From a bacterium (GTDB lineage Bacteria > SAR324 > NAC60-12), in NCBI GenBank assembly GCA_965209155.1, contig OZ242383.1, positions 3,552,001-3,616,000 of the forward strand: 64,000 nucleotides of DNA. The letters are read 5' to 3'. The notes under the pieces were generated by a model that saw only the letters and a program-made list of their open reading frames with translations, made no database searches and had not been told where the DNA came from. Below, in pieces: positions 38,955 through 49,104 of this stretch. Both the position numbers and the translations under genes were made by a program. How positions within the stretch are numbered: the stretch's first letter is position 1; each line of letters opens with the position of its first letter.

Positions 38955-41743
38955 TGCGCAGTCCCTTCATCGCTGATAAAGGACGTTTGCCAGGATGATC
39001 TGCCTACTTCTCGAGCCAGGCGAGCGATCTCCGGCCAACTCTGAATCAGGGAGTTGTAGACCAGGGCTTCTTGAGAACGCTTTTTCAGGTCACAGATACG
39101 GTAGAGGCGGTAAGCCAATTCACGGGAGGGTTCCACATTGGCTCCGAACCTGTCCATCATCTCGGCTGCGACAGGCTCTCCCTGATCCAAAAGACGGACC
39201 ATGTGATGGGTTGTCTCCCAAATCGTGAAATTTCGTTCATCCTGCGGGTTCCAGTCTTCCTTCAATTCCTCAGGCCGGTACAGGCGCACCTTGCCCGCAC
39301 CCGATTCCAGTATCCCTGCCTCAACCAGTCCTGAGACGCTGGTGTTCTTGGCTTTCGAAAGCGTCTCGGCCACGCCGAATTCTCCTTCCGTGAAACCCGA
39401 CTGCTCGAACCAGGCCAACGCCCAGCGAGTCTGGGCATCAAAGGCTCCTTCCTGTTCCTCCAGTACCTCATCCAAGGTCTGGTTGATGAGATTGAGGGCC
39501 TCACGCACGGACATTGCCTCGCCGCTCGCATCCAGTACGCTAGCATAACGAGTGAATACCGCCATCCCTGGTCCGATAGCCGCCTGCGCCAGGTCCACCG
39601 GGGCGATGTTACCCGTCTGCATCTGATGCAATGCCGTTGGTAACTCGGACTTGAGAGCGTTTACAAACTCTCTGCGAGTAGCCACTGGAGCGTCCGTGGA
39701 CCGAAGGCGGCACACCAAAATGACAGAGGATGCTAGGGCATTGGCTCCAATCTGCCGACTACGACCGGTTCTCTCAGTTCGCATTGGCCACGTACCAACT
39801 ATATTAAACCCGGTTGTGACTAGTGCGGACAGCATTGTATCCCATCCGGAAGATGCCCATCTACCCTGTCTTTCTTCCTCTTGTTTGTAAGCATAAAAAA
39901 TGGATGATGGAAATTCTACGCTGGAGTATTTTCGTACTAATTCTAATGTTTTGACAAGCAATGCTTCAAATCGCTGTTTTGTATTTTTAAATCTAGGGCT
40001 AGCAACCATCTCCTCTTCCTTGGGTGTCAAGATTCCATGGAATAAATCAGTGTGAATGTTACGCAATAGTGGACGCAACCACACATAGAAATAATCAGAT
40101 AGATCTGCGTACCCGATATTGTCATAGTAAGGAGGATCAGTAATGGTAACAGGACTCTTGCTGGCATGGATGGCTATTGACGCATCTGCTTGGTATGCCT
40201 TCCCATTGTTGACTTTAATAGGCAGGCGATCGACTACTCTTGCAATCCATTCGACTTGGGCCATCCAATTTTGTGTAGCGTCATAAAAAAGGTTTGACTC
40301 GGCAAAGTCCCATATCATTGAAAGAGTCTGCATTGCAAAAGTTCCGGCGATAAAGTCGCCGGAACTTTGCCATCGAGCGTATCTAGAACAACTATTTGCC
40401 ATTCTACCTATAGCCAATGCCAAATATGTCCATAAGACATCAGTATAACTAATATTTCCATTTGCTTGTAATGTCTGTCGAATTTCTTCCAAAAGGTCAC
40501 TTAAAATAGTTAATCCAGTTAACTGGCGCAAAGTGAATAATTCGTACCATTCCTTGACTCCATAAGCCTGAATTGCAAACCCCAACGCCTTTTTTGGAAG
40601 AGTTCCAGTCGGTCTCCAAGTCGGTTTGGCGGATACAGCCATTCTTACGTGTTCATCAGTAGGCGACAGAAACAGCCGTTTGCGGTCACCCTCGGCAACT
40701 ATCGCAGTCATCTGCTCACCCATCTTTCCGGCTCTGGACTGTTCACGAACGTATGCCAGCGGCGATGTCGTATTGCACGCTATACAGGTCGCACCATTGC
40801 GGTTCACCGTGCCTTCCTTCGGCACACCGTCCTCGTGGTTTTGCACTACGAAGCAAATAACTTTTGCCTGACGATCGACTACCGGTCTCGTCCAATGCTG
40901 ATTGTTCGGTTTCTTGGAAAGTTGAAAGTTCACCATCAATGGCATCGTTATCCCACACGCCGGATTGGGGCATGGAACGGTGCGCGCCCACAACCAGGCA
41001 ATCACCGTGGCTTCTTCTCCATCTGGAAGCCGGACCTTTGGGTACAGGTGTCCGATGCGACTCTCGGCCTCGTCTCGCATCCATTTGCCATAGTATCGGA
41101 TGTCGTCGGCAAGTCCCGCGGTCCCATGCCAAGTTGAACCACCCTTAATATCAGCGGCATCCGGGTTCACGGGTGATCTGCCGGCAAACTTGGTAGGCAA
41201 CTCGATGAGCGCCTTGTTGATGAGCACCGCGACGGGGTTGAGATCGGACGCAATGGCGCGCAGACCAAGCCGCTGCGCCTCCAGGGGAATGGAACCACCC
41301 CCGGCGAAGGGATCGTAGATCGGCGGTGCGTTGTCATTCAAGTAACGTAGCACATCGGTTGGCCTGTCCTTGTCGGGGGGAGTCTCACCACGCGAGCGGG
41401 CAATGGAACGAGCAATCTCATATCTGGCTTCGTTCTGAACCTCCCTTGATGCAGGTATTCTCTCGTCGGTACTCTCCCACTTGACGACCTGTCGGATGAT
41501 GTTGTGAAGCCGGGTGCGTTCGGTGAGTTGCTCCTGTTCAGTGGGAAATTCGTCAGGGCAAGAGGATGGGTCATCCACCATGCTGGCAAAGATGACGGCG
41601 CGGCAGGCGGCTAGCGGCCTGCGCGCCCACCACAAGTGAAGTGTGGAAGGGTGCCCGTGCCTGATCGACTTCTCCCGCTTTGATTCTGCGTTGATCTCGT
41701 CCAGTGGAAGGTCCACTTCGATCAGCTTCTTGCGTACAATCAT
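38951..41743 (-). CDS. DUF1156 adenine-specific DNA methyltransferase
   Basis: LHLWWARRPLAACR, DPFAGGGSIP, CxxC pairs, TDPPYYDN. Confidence 0.9.
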   Translation of the reverse strand: MIVRKKLIEVDLPLDEINAESKREKSIRHGHPSTLHLWWARRPLAACRAVIFASMVDDPSSCPDEFPTEQEQLTERTRLHNIIRQVVKWESTDERIPASREVQNEARYEIARSIARSRGETPPDKDRPTDVLRYLNDNAPPIYDPFAGGGSIPLEAQRLGLRAIASDLNPVAVLINKALIELPTKFAGRSPVNPDAADIKGGSTWHGTAGLADDIRYYGKWMRDEAESRIGHLYPKVRLPDGEEATVIAWLWARTVPCPNPACGITMPLMVNFQLSKKPNNQHWTRPVVDRQAKVICFVVQNHEDGVPKEGTVNRNGATCIACNTTSPLAYVREQSRAGKMGEQMTAIVAEGDRKRLFLSPTDEHVRMAVSAKPTWRPTGTLPKKALGFAIQAYGVKEWYELFTLRQLTGLTILSDLLEEIRQTLQANGNISYTDVLWTYLALAIGRMANSCSRYARWQSSGDFIAGTFAMQTLSMIWDFAESNLFYDATQNWMAQVEWIARVVDRLPIKVNNGKAYQADASIAIHASKSPVTITDPPYYDNIGYADLSDYFYVWLRPLLRNIHTDLFHGILTPKEEEMVASPRFKNTKQRFEALLVKTLELVRKYSSVEFPSSIFYAYKQEEERQGRWASSGWDTMLSALVTTGFNIVGTWPMRTERTGRSRQIGANALASSVILVCRLRSTDAPVATRREFVNALKSELPTALHQMQTGNIAPVDLAQAAIGPGMAVFTRYASVLDASGEAMSVREALNLINQTLDEVLEEQEGAFDAQTRWALAWFEQSGFTEGEFGVAETLSKAKNTSVSGLVEAGILESGAGKVRLYRPEELKEDWNPQDERNFTIWETTHHMVRLLDQGEPVAAEMMDRFGANVEPSRELAYRLYRICDLKKRSQEALVYNSLIQSWPEIARLAREVGRSSWQTSFISDEGTAQ

Positions 41744-44700
41744 GACGGCACCTCGGCACGAGCCAGCAACTTCGGCAGGTCGTAATTGACGCTGGTCACG
41801 CCAAAGTCCGGCTCCCGGCGAAATGGCTTGCGGACGTAGTGGACATGATCCGCTCCGTCATCTTGGAATTCCACGATTGCCAGGATGAAGTCATCCGGTT
41901 TGTTCAGGGAAGTGAGGATTTCGTTCCTGGTGACCGTCACGGTCGACGCGCCATGAACCCTGCCCTTGACTTCGATGAACCGGAGCTTGCCGGTGCCGGG
42001 CACACGGCTCTCGAGATCATAGCCGAGCTTGTCCGACTCTCGATCCACCGGTTCGAATCCAAGTCCACGCTCGATTTCCATGACCGCAGTCCTGGCCCTG
42101 GCCGCAGCCGCCTGGGTATCTCGACTTGCCGGAGACGCGCTGACCACACCAGTCATCTTGCGAAGGAGTCCAACTGGTACCACCAGTACACCGCCCAACG
42201 CAACAGGGGGCAATGGCGACACCTGACGCTCGCGTTGAATCTCGTCCATGCGTTTCTGCAGGCGTGCTTGCAGGTCATCGGCCCTTCGCCGGGCTTCTCC
42301 GGAGTTGAGTCGCGCATTGGGTTTTCCAACTTGCTCCTGCAACTGGAGGTCGGCGGCCCGGTGGTCCCAGTAGGCGATCTCCTTGGTCAGGCGTTCCTTG
42401 ACCGCTACTTCTGTCTTTGAAAGGAGTTCTGTCTTTCGCGACCGTACCTGTTCGAGGTGGGCGGGCACCAGGTGAGAAACGGCATATTCGACGGCCTTCG
42501 TTTCCAAATCTCCATTAATCCAGGCACATTCAGGGCGATTGACGATCTTTTCCACGCTTGGTTCCCTATCGCTCAAAGGTCGGTAGTCGAGGTAAGGCGC
42601 ATAGTCCTGGCCCAAAACCGTGGAATCCGCATTCACCTCCACGTAGAGAACCTTCCTGGAGATGGTCCTCTGTTCTCCGGAGCGTGTGCGGCTTCCGTCC
42701 TGGATGCTGTGTTCCAAGTACAAAAGAACCCTAGGTTTGTCACTTGCGTCATTGTCGTCGACAAGCGCTGAGCTTTGCCGGAGCAATCCTCGATGCCGCT
42801 CCAAGGTCGAGTCTATGGTGGCATCCAATAGCGGGTGACCGGGGCAGACAAACGACGCTGGGGGTCGACCGGGAGAAGACATGAAAACTTTCTCAAAGGT
42901 GATGCGTTCATATCGCGGCAGGACCGGTTCACCCAAGCCGATCAGCCGGTCGCGATCTCGCACCTTTGCCGGCACATGGGTGATTTGATAGCGCCGGGTC
43001 TCCCGCTCTTTCACACCTCCGCCAAGACGTCTGAATGCCTCGATGAAAAATGACTCGATGTAGTGAGGTTGGAGCTTCCTGACCTCAGCCCGTTCCATTT
43101 CTTCCCGAATCTCCAGGACCTGACTGGTGTCCATTGAATCCTGAACCAGAGCAGATCCGGAGAGGAGATCCTGGACCCGGGTCTTATCGAAAGCATCGCT
43201 GACCGCCTTTGTCAGGCGAGCTTGAACTTCGGGACGCTCCCCGTACCTGATGGCCTCCAGCAGGAGCTCGCGCAGTGGTTTCCCGTCGAACTGCACCTGG
43301 CCCAACACGTCGAACACTTGACCGCCAAGCGCCTTCCTCGCTTCCTCCAACTTCTCCAGCAGGGTGTAATAGACGTCGCCCTCCCTGGTCTCCTCCGCAA
43401 TCAGGTTCCAAAGGTGACAGACCTCGGTTTGGCCGATTCGGTGAATGCGCCCGAATCGTTGCTCGATGCGATTCGGATTCCAGGGAAGGTCATAGTTGAC
43501 CATCAGGTGAGCGCGCTGGAGGTTGATGCCTTCCGAGGCAGCATCGTTGGCCAGAAGAATCTGAACCTGCGGATCGTGCAGGAAAGACTCTTGGATAGTG
43601 CGCCTTTCCTCTCTCCTGATACCGCCGTGGATCATGACCACCGACTCCTGGCGACCCAAGAGGGTAATAATCCGTTGGCAGAGGTAGTTGAGGGTGTCCC
43701 GGTGCTCGGTAAAGATGACGAGTTTTTGATGCGGAGACGGTGCGAACGACTCTTCGATTACTTTTCCTGCATTGGTAAACAACCGGTTGAGCAGGTCAGC
43801 CAGTTCTTGCCATTTCTTGTCTTTACCGCTGGCCCGAACCGTTCGAGCCAACGATTCCAGACGACGCAAGCTCTGAATCTCCACTTCGAACTCGCCGACG
43901 GTCCGTGCAGCGGTAGCGCGATCCAGAACCTGCTCCTCGGCCTTTGCGAGCTCTTCATCGGGCGCCTCATCGAGATCTGCAATGTCTTCCTCGTTCAACT
44001 GAAGGGAGCTGGCAGGGAGGGACGCGGTGAACTGCGAGCCTCGTTGTAATAGTTGAAGCTCACGGAGACGGCTTTCCAGCCGTTCCTTCCGTCGGCGAAG
44101 GGACTGGTAGATAGCCTCCGGTGAAGAGGCCAGTCGTCGTTGCAGGATGGTGAGGGCAAACCCGACGGTTCCCGCATTTTTGTCGTTCTGAAGCGCTTCG
44201 GCGCGGTTGAATTCTTCCCGTACGTAGTCGGTCACCTCCCGGTACAAACGAGCCTCGTTGTCAGATAACTTGAATGGAACTGCGTAGGCGCGTCGTTCCG
44301 GGAACAAAGGCGTGGTATCGAACTTGAACAACCTTTCCTTCACCATGCGACGCATCAAGTCCGAAACGTCGGCAATGTGCACGCCATCCCGGAATCGGCC
44401 TTCGAAGCGGTCTCCATCCAATAGTGCCATAAACAGTTGGAAGTCTTCTTCCTTGCCATTATGTGGAGTTGCGGTCAGCAACAGGAAATGGCGAGTACGG
44501 GTCGAGAGCATCTGACCCAAGCGGTAGCGTTTGGTGTACTTGATCTCACCGCCAAAGAAGGAGGCCGACATCTTGTGGGCTTCGTCACAGATCACCAAAT
44601 CCCACCCGCCTTCCCGAGCGCGGAGCAAGGCTTGAACATCTTCGTCACGCGCCAGTTTGTCGAGACGCGCTATGGCCAGGGGTGTTTCGGAGAACCAGTT

Positions 44701-45282
44701 TCCCGTACGGGCGGACTCCAGCTTGTCATTGGTCATAATTTCAAATTTCAGCTGGAATCGACGGTAAAGTTCGTCTTGCCACTGCTCGGCCAGGTTGCCC
44801 GGACACACTACTAAGCAACGCTCCAGGTCACCGCGGGCCACGAGTTCTTTTACCAGCAGACCGGCCATGATCGTCTTACCGGCTCCCGGATCATCGGCAA
44901 GAAGAAAACGCAGCGGTTGACGGGTCAGCATCGATTCGTAAACTGCCGTGATCTGGTGAGGTAAAGGGTCCACGACGGATGTGTGAACGGCGAGTAGCGG
45001 GTCGAAGAGGTGGGCAAACCGGATCCGCTGGGCCTCGGAGACGAGACGGAAGAGGTGGCCGTCCCCATCGAAGGACCATGGAAGCCCGTGCTCGAGCACC
45101 TCCAAACTGGATTCGTCATCCCGGTAGAGGAGCCGGGTTCCCACGTGACCCGTGGTCGGCGTCTTGAAGGTGAGCTCAATTGCGGAGTCGCCGAACCATT
45201 TGACGTTGACGACTTCAGAGGGCCCATCCGCAGCCACTCCCCGAACAAGAGATCCGGAGGTCAGTCTTTCCAGCGCTGCCAT
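41740..45282 (-). CDS. SNF2-family helicase with C-terminal DUF3883-like nuclease domain
   Basis: LADDPGAGKT, DEAH, TATPH, EGINLQ, EQRFGRIHR, GYDLES...FIEVKG; RBS GGAGAGG before ATG 45282. Confidence 0.9.
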   Translation of the reverse strand: MAALERLTSGSLVRGVAADGPSEVVNVKWFGDSAIELTFKTPTTGHVGTRLLYRDDESSLEVLEHGLPWSFDGDGHLFRLVSEAQRIRFAHLFDPLLAVHTSVVDPLPHQITAVYESMLTRQPLRFLLADDPGAGKTIMAGLLVKELVARGDLERCLVVCPGNLAEQWQDELYRRFQLKFEIMTNDKLESARTGNWFSETPLAIARLDKLARDEDVQALLRAREGGWDLVICDEAHKMSASFFGGEIKYTKRYRLGQMLSTRTRHFLLLTATPHNGKEEDFQLFMALLDGDRFEGRFRDGVHIADVSDLMRRMVKERLFKFDTTPLFPERRAYAVPFKLSDNEARLYREVTDYVREEFNRAEALQNDKNAGTVGFALTILQRRLASSPEAIYQSLRRRKERLESRLRELQLLQRGSQFTASLPASSLQLNEEDIADLDEAPDEELAKAEEQVLDRATAARTVGEFEVEIQSLRRLESLARTVRASGKDKKWQELADLLNRLFTNAGKVIEESFAPSPHQKLVIFTEHRDTLNYLCQRIITLLGRQESVVMIHGGIRREERRTIQESFLHDPQVQILLANDAASEGINLQRAHLMVNYDLPWNPNRIEQRFGRIHRIGQTEVCHLWNLIAEETREGDVYYTLLEKLEEARKALGGQVFDVLGQVQFDGKPLRELLLEAIRYGERPEVQARLTKAVSDAFDKTRVQDLLSGSALVQDSMDTSQVLEIREEMERAEVRKLQPHYIESFFIEAFRRLGGGVKERETRRYQITHVPAKVRDRDRLIGLGEPVLPRYERITFEKVFMSSPGRPPASFVCPGHPLLDATIDSTLERHRGLLRQSSALVDDNDASDKPRVLLYLEHSIQDGSRTRSGEQRTISRKVLYVEVNADSTVLGQDYAPYLDYRPLSDREPSVEKIVNRPECAWINGDLETKAVEYAVSHLVPAHLEQVRSRKTELLSKTEVAVKERLTKEIAYWDHRAADLQLQEQVGKPNARLNSGEARRRADDLQARLQKRMDEIQRERQVSPLPPVALGGVLVVPVGLLRKMTGVVSASPASRDTQAAAARARTAVMEIERGLGFEPVDRESDKLGYDLESRVPGTGKLRFIEVKGRVHGASTVTVTRNEILTSLNKPDDFILAIVEFQDDGADHVHYVRKPFRREPDFGVTSVNYDLPKLLARAEVPS

Positions 45283-45315
45283 GCCTCTCCTTCCTGCTTG
45301 TGATTGGGAACGGCT

Positions 45316-45392
45316 TGGTGGGCCCACCTGGGCTCGAACCAAGGACCGGCCGATTATGAGTCGGCAACTCTAACCAACTGAGCTATGGGTCC
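45316..45392 (-). tRNA. tRNA(CAT), probably Ile2, degenerate duplicate
   Basis: Three substitutions relative to 49028-49104, one giving an A-C mismatch in the acceptor stem; CCA encoded. Confidence 0.75.
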
Positions 45393-45734
45393 GTTTCCTG
45401 TCGCCGTACCGGTCAAAATGAGGGTTCCTCCCTCCTCCACTACCCGAGGAGCGGTGAACCTCCGAATCGCCTTTTTCCTGCTATGCAAAAAAGCCACGTC
45501 GTGAAAAATTAATATATTGAGCAGTAATGGATTCCGGCTCGGAGGCCGGAATGAGAATAGAGAAAAAACTCCGCTACTTGGTGAATATTCATCGTTGCCG
45601 AATTATAGTAAAAGGGCCGGAATGACAATGGAGTTAATTCCGCCACCACTCTATTGAGTGAATTGTATGAAGAGATGGAAAAGATAGCAAGCGAAAGTTG
45701 AGGGTTGGATGCAGAAATCACATAAAATTCAAAA

Positions 45735-45949
45735 GGGTGTCTGGCTTGGAAGTTTGGAAAAGTAGCGATATTTTATTATTCAAATCGATTTCACTTTCCT
45801 TCTCGCTGGATTCTGAAGATGGCTCGTCAACCGCTTTGCAGTGTACCGCTTGAGACGACGATTGAAGGAATCCGAGGGGCTCCAAAATCAAACAGAGGAA
45901 TTGAAACGTCCAATATTTGTTTGAAGTTCCAAACTTCCAAGCCTGACTC
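45735..45949 (+). mobile_element. Miniature internally deleted derivative of the Y1/TIRYT-like element
   Basis: IR ggcttggaagtttggaa / ttccaaacttccaagcc; left part matches 31700-31785 including ATGGCTCGT; right part matches 30177-30218. Confidence 0.75.
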
Positions 45950-46419
45950 TTTTTTGATCAACGTCCTCCCGAAACTCTCTTTAAAAATCGATTCTGCCAA
46001 TTCAAGAGCTTGAAATTTTCTGAGATTCTACTGCTTAGGCCGGATCTACGGGGGCTCGATGCATTGCATTGGATCATTTATGCGTTGGAATGCGGCCATC
46101 TTCAAAGTCAATGAAATTTTCCTTTTTCGCCTGACAAGAGTGACTATTGCCTCATGCTAAAAAATCGTTCTCTGTCGATTCTACGGATTCGGGGTGCCCT
46201 GTTCAATTCAGCCGGAGTTTACGACAAAGCATGGAAAATGAAGCAGTCTCATAAACCCCTGCGATTCCTGAGCGGGTGGAGCGATATTCCTTAAACCGGA
46301 TGAAGGCGATGATTCCAATCATAAGTCGGAAGGATGATGAAGAGAGGACGCAAAGAATGAGCCACGAAAAAAAACTTGACATTATCAGAATTTTATAGTA
46401 TCATTTTAACAATAATGAG

Positions 46420-47490
46420 GAGATCGGATTTTCAGGTCGAGTGAAGAAACTGAAGAAATACCTGGCAGTATTCCGCGCAAGCAGGAATCCTGAATGTCTT
46501 GAATGCCCCTGGATTCCGGGTCTGGGCCCGGAATGACACGTTCCTGGCTTCGTGCTTTCCGCCGGAAATGACATGCTCCTGGATTGATGTTTTTCGCTGG
46601 AAATGACACGCTTTTGGCCGTTTTTCGCCTGGAATGACACGCTTTTGGCCGTTTTTCGCCTGGAATGACACACTCAAGCTATTCAGAAGAGGTGATTGGA
46701 TTTTTAGATCGAGTGAAGAAACTGAAGAAATACCGGGCAGTATTCCGCGCAAGCAGGAATCCTGAATGTCTTGAGCGCCCCTGGATTCCAGGTCTGGGCC
46801 CGGAATGACACGTTCTTGGTTTTGTGATTTTCGCCTGGGATGAAACGCTCCTGGATTGGTTTTTTTCGCCTGGAATGAGACGCTTTTGGCCGTTTTTTGT
46901 CCGGCATGAGACGCTTTTGGTCGTTTTTTTACTCGGAATGGCAGCTTTTAGCTATTCAGAAGAGGCGATCGGATTTTCAGGTCGAGTGAAGAAACTGAAG
47001 AAATACCAGGCAGTATTCCGCGCAAGCAGGTTTCCTGGATATCTTGAGTGCCCCTGGATTCCGGGTCTGGGCCCGGAATGACACGTTCCTAGCTTCGTGC
47101 TTTTCGCTTAGGAAGACACGCTCTTGGATTGATGTTTTTCGTCTGGAATGAGACGCTTTTGGCCGTTTTTCGCCGGAAATGAGACGTTTTTGGCCGTTTT
47201 TTTACTCGGAATGGCAGCTTTTAGCTATTTAGAAGAGGCGATTGGATTTTTTAGATCGAGTGAAGAAACTGAAGAAATACCGGGCAGTATTCCGCGCAAG
47301 CAGGAATCCTGAATGTCTTGAGGGCCCCTGGATTCCGGGTCTGGGCCCGGAATGACACGTTCCTGGTTTCGTGCTTTTCGCCGGGAATGACATGCTCTTG
47401 GATTGGTGTTTTTCGCTTGGAATGACACGTTTTTGGCCGTTTTTCGCCTGGAATGAGACGTTTTTGGCCGTTTTTCGCCCGGAATGACGA
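46420..47490. repeat. Four tandem ~273-bp units with internal ~30-bp subrepeats and a REP-like palindrome
   Basis: gtgaagaaactgaagaaatac at 46441, 46713, 46986, 47260. Confidence 0.92.
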
Positions 47491-47659
47491 CGTTGCAAAT
47501 AGCTGGAAGAAAAAAAACATGAACGCACTCTAGCCCCACAGTTCTGGGAGGAACTGAGATCTCGCCGTTCTATGAGCGGTGTTTCAATGCCAGAACGAAA
47601 TTCCTCTGATAAAGGTGCAGTCCTGGAATGACTTCTTGCATCCTGATGCAGGAAATCCC

Positions 47660-47688
47660 TTGACACTCTCCTGTCCCTAACATAGGTT
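47660..47688 (+). promoter_or_regulatory. Putative sigma70 promoter
   Basis: TTGACA-17 nt-TAGGTT upstream of a structured leader and ATG 47879. Confidence 0.45.
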
Positions 47689-47919
47689 TAAGATTGCAAT
47701 AACGCTTGTATCTGTTTGTCGGGTTACCCGATGAATAGAATAGTCCACATGCAGGCTGATGGGTAGCTCCCGGAAGCCGGGCAAATAATCGGGACATTTT
47801 CCTGTGATACAGGTGTTGTTGCAATAACCCGACGCCTCCAAGGCGTCATGCAACACACATCAGAATGGAGAGAATGTCATGAAAAAGACTATTTGCGTTT
47901 TACAGTTTTTATTCCCGTT

Positions 47920-48488
47920 TTTAATTAATCTCATTAAACCACCAGCTCTGCTGGTGCGAACCTAATAGGCTTTGCCGGTCAGACATGAGAAACGTATCCG
48001 TGTCCGTTAGCCGTGCTCGTGCTCGTGAACGGTCAGTGAATTCGACGGCACATTTTGGTTAACATAGAAACAATGCGATGAAGTAACTGTTTCCCTTCGT
48101 CAAATAAAGGAGGCTGGATGATCTTCAACACGTTTAAAACATCGAGAATAGCAGTGCATTCCATTGCGGAACCTCGGGCAAATGCATAGAATCGTTGCTT
48201 GTCAGGAAAGGAATTTTTTCCACAGCCTTCTGCGATATTGAGAGGAATCGACCATGAGGCCCTTTTCAGTTGGTCAACTCAGGCTGAGTATCCTTTTGGC
48301 AATGTTTCGATGACTTGGACAGATAACGCTAAAAATTCGATGGAACATTGGTATACATCGAGTTTTTCATGATCTAACATGGCAGCTTTTTTCGTTCACG
48401 AGCACGAGCACGTCTTACGATGACGAACACGTTTTGCCCCCATCCTGGGGGCCTCTTCAAGCCACCGGCTCTGCCGGTGGTGATGACT
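47920..48488 (+). mobile_element. Transposase-less IS200/IS605-like element (copy 2)
   Basis: Inverted copy of 18930-19498, about 10 substitutions by manual comparison. Confidence 0.75.
48033..48380 (-). pseudogene. Four-helix bundle gene copy with nonsense mutation L34*
   Basis: TTA in copy 1 is TGA at 48279-48281. Confidence 0.88.
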
Positions 48489-48492
48489 GATC

Positions 48493-48885
48493 TCACTGAC
48501 ATCCACACAAAACTTCCGAACCCGAAACTCCTTTCGTGCCGTGCGTTTCATACCCGTCGCGCTTCCACCAATCTATCCTACCCATTAACTCCTTAACCTT
48601 GAACCCCAATTTCACCATGTTCAAAGCACCTTTAGTGGAGGCATTGCAACCGATACCATCACAGTAGGTCACATACAGCTTTGATTTGTCGAGTCCACTT
48701 GTAGTCGCTTCAGACATCAATTTATGTGGTATATTGATTGAGGTCGGTATGTGTTCCAGTGCAAAAGCCTGCGGAGAGCGAGCGTCTATGACGATGATGG
48801 GTTCCTTATTGTTGAGTGCTTCAAAAAGATCCCAAGAATCGGTCTCATGGTTAAGTTTTGCTTGATAAAATTCAACGGAATTCAT
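48493..48885 (-). CDS. Rhodanese-like protein
   Basis: IDARS, HIP, YCDGIGCNAS, GFKVKELMG; start uncertain (ORF open to 48918). Confidence 0.85.
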   Translation of the reverse strand: MNSVEFYQAKLNHETDSWDLFEALNNKEPIIVIDARSPQAFALEHIPTSINIPHKLMSEATTSGLDKSKLYVTYCDGIGCNASTKGALNMVKLGFKVKELMGRIDWWKRDGYETHGTKGVSGSEVLCGCQ

Positions 48886-49027
48886 CTTTAAACGACCTTT
48901 CTCCTTAGCCATTTCCATCGATCCAACCTGCCTTGGTGAATTTCCAAAAAGAGGTGGGCTAACCGGATCCGCATTCCGGTAGAGGAGTGGGGGTTCCGCT
49001 CCTTCCTGCTTGTGATTTGGAACGGCT

Positions 49028-49104
49028 TGGTGGGCCCACCTGGGCTCGAACCAGGGACCGGCCGATTATGAGTCGGCAGCTCTAACCAACTGAGCTATGG
49101 GCCC
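49028..49104 (-). tRNA. tRNA(CAT), probably tRNA-Ile2
   Basis: GGGCCCATAGCTCAGTTGGTTAGAGC...CTCATAA...GGTTCGAGCCC...TGGGCCCACCA; paired 1-72 so not initiator. Confidence 0.92.

Noticed and set aside
45283..45342. N-terminal extension of the SNF2 helicase (ORF start 45342)
   Set aside because: Overlaps the tRNA; a good RBS precedes ATG 45282
34800..45392. Integrase-mediated island with tRNA att sites
   Set aside because: No integrase and no tRNA 3'-end direct repeat found at the distal side
46401..47666. ORFs of 67-145 aa in the tandem array
   Set aside because: Open in several frames because of repetition; no RBS or domain motifs
48279..48281. Selenocysteine or recoded TGA
   Set aside because: Position is Leu in the paralog; other genes use TGA as stop
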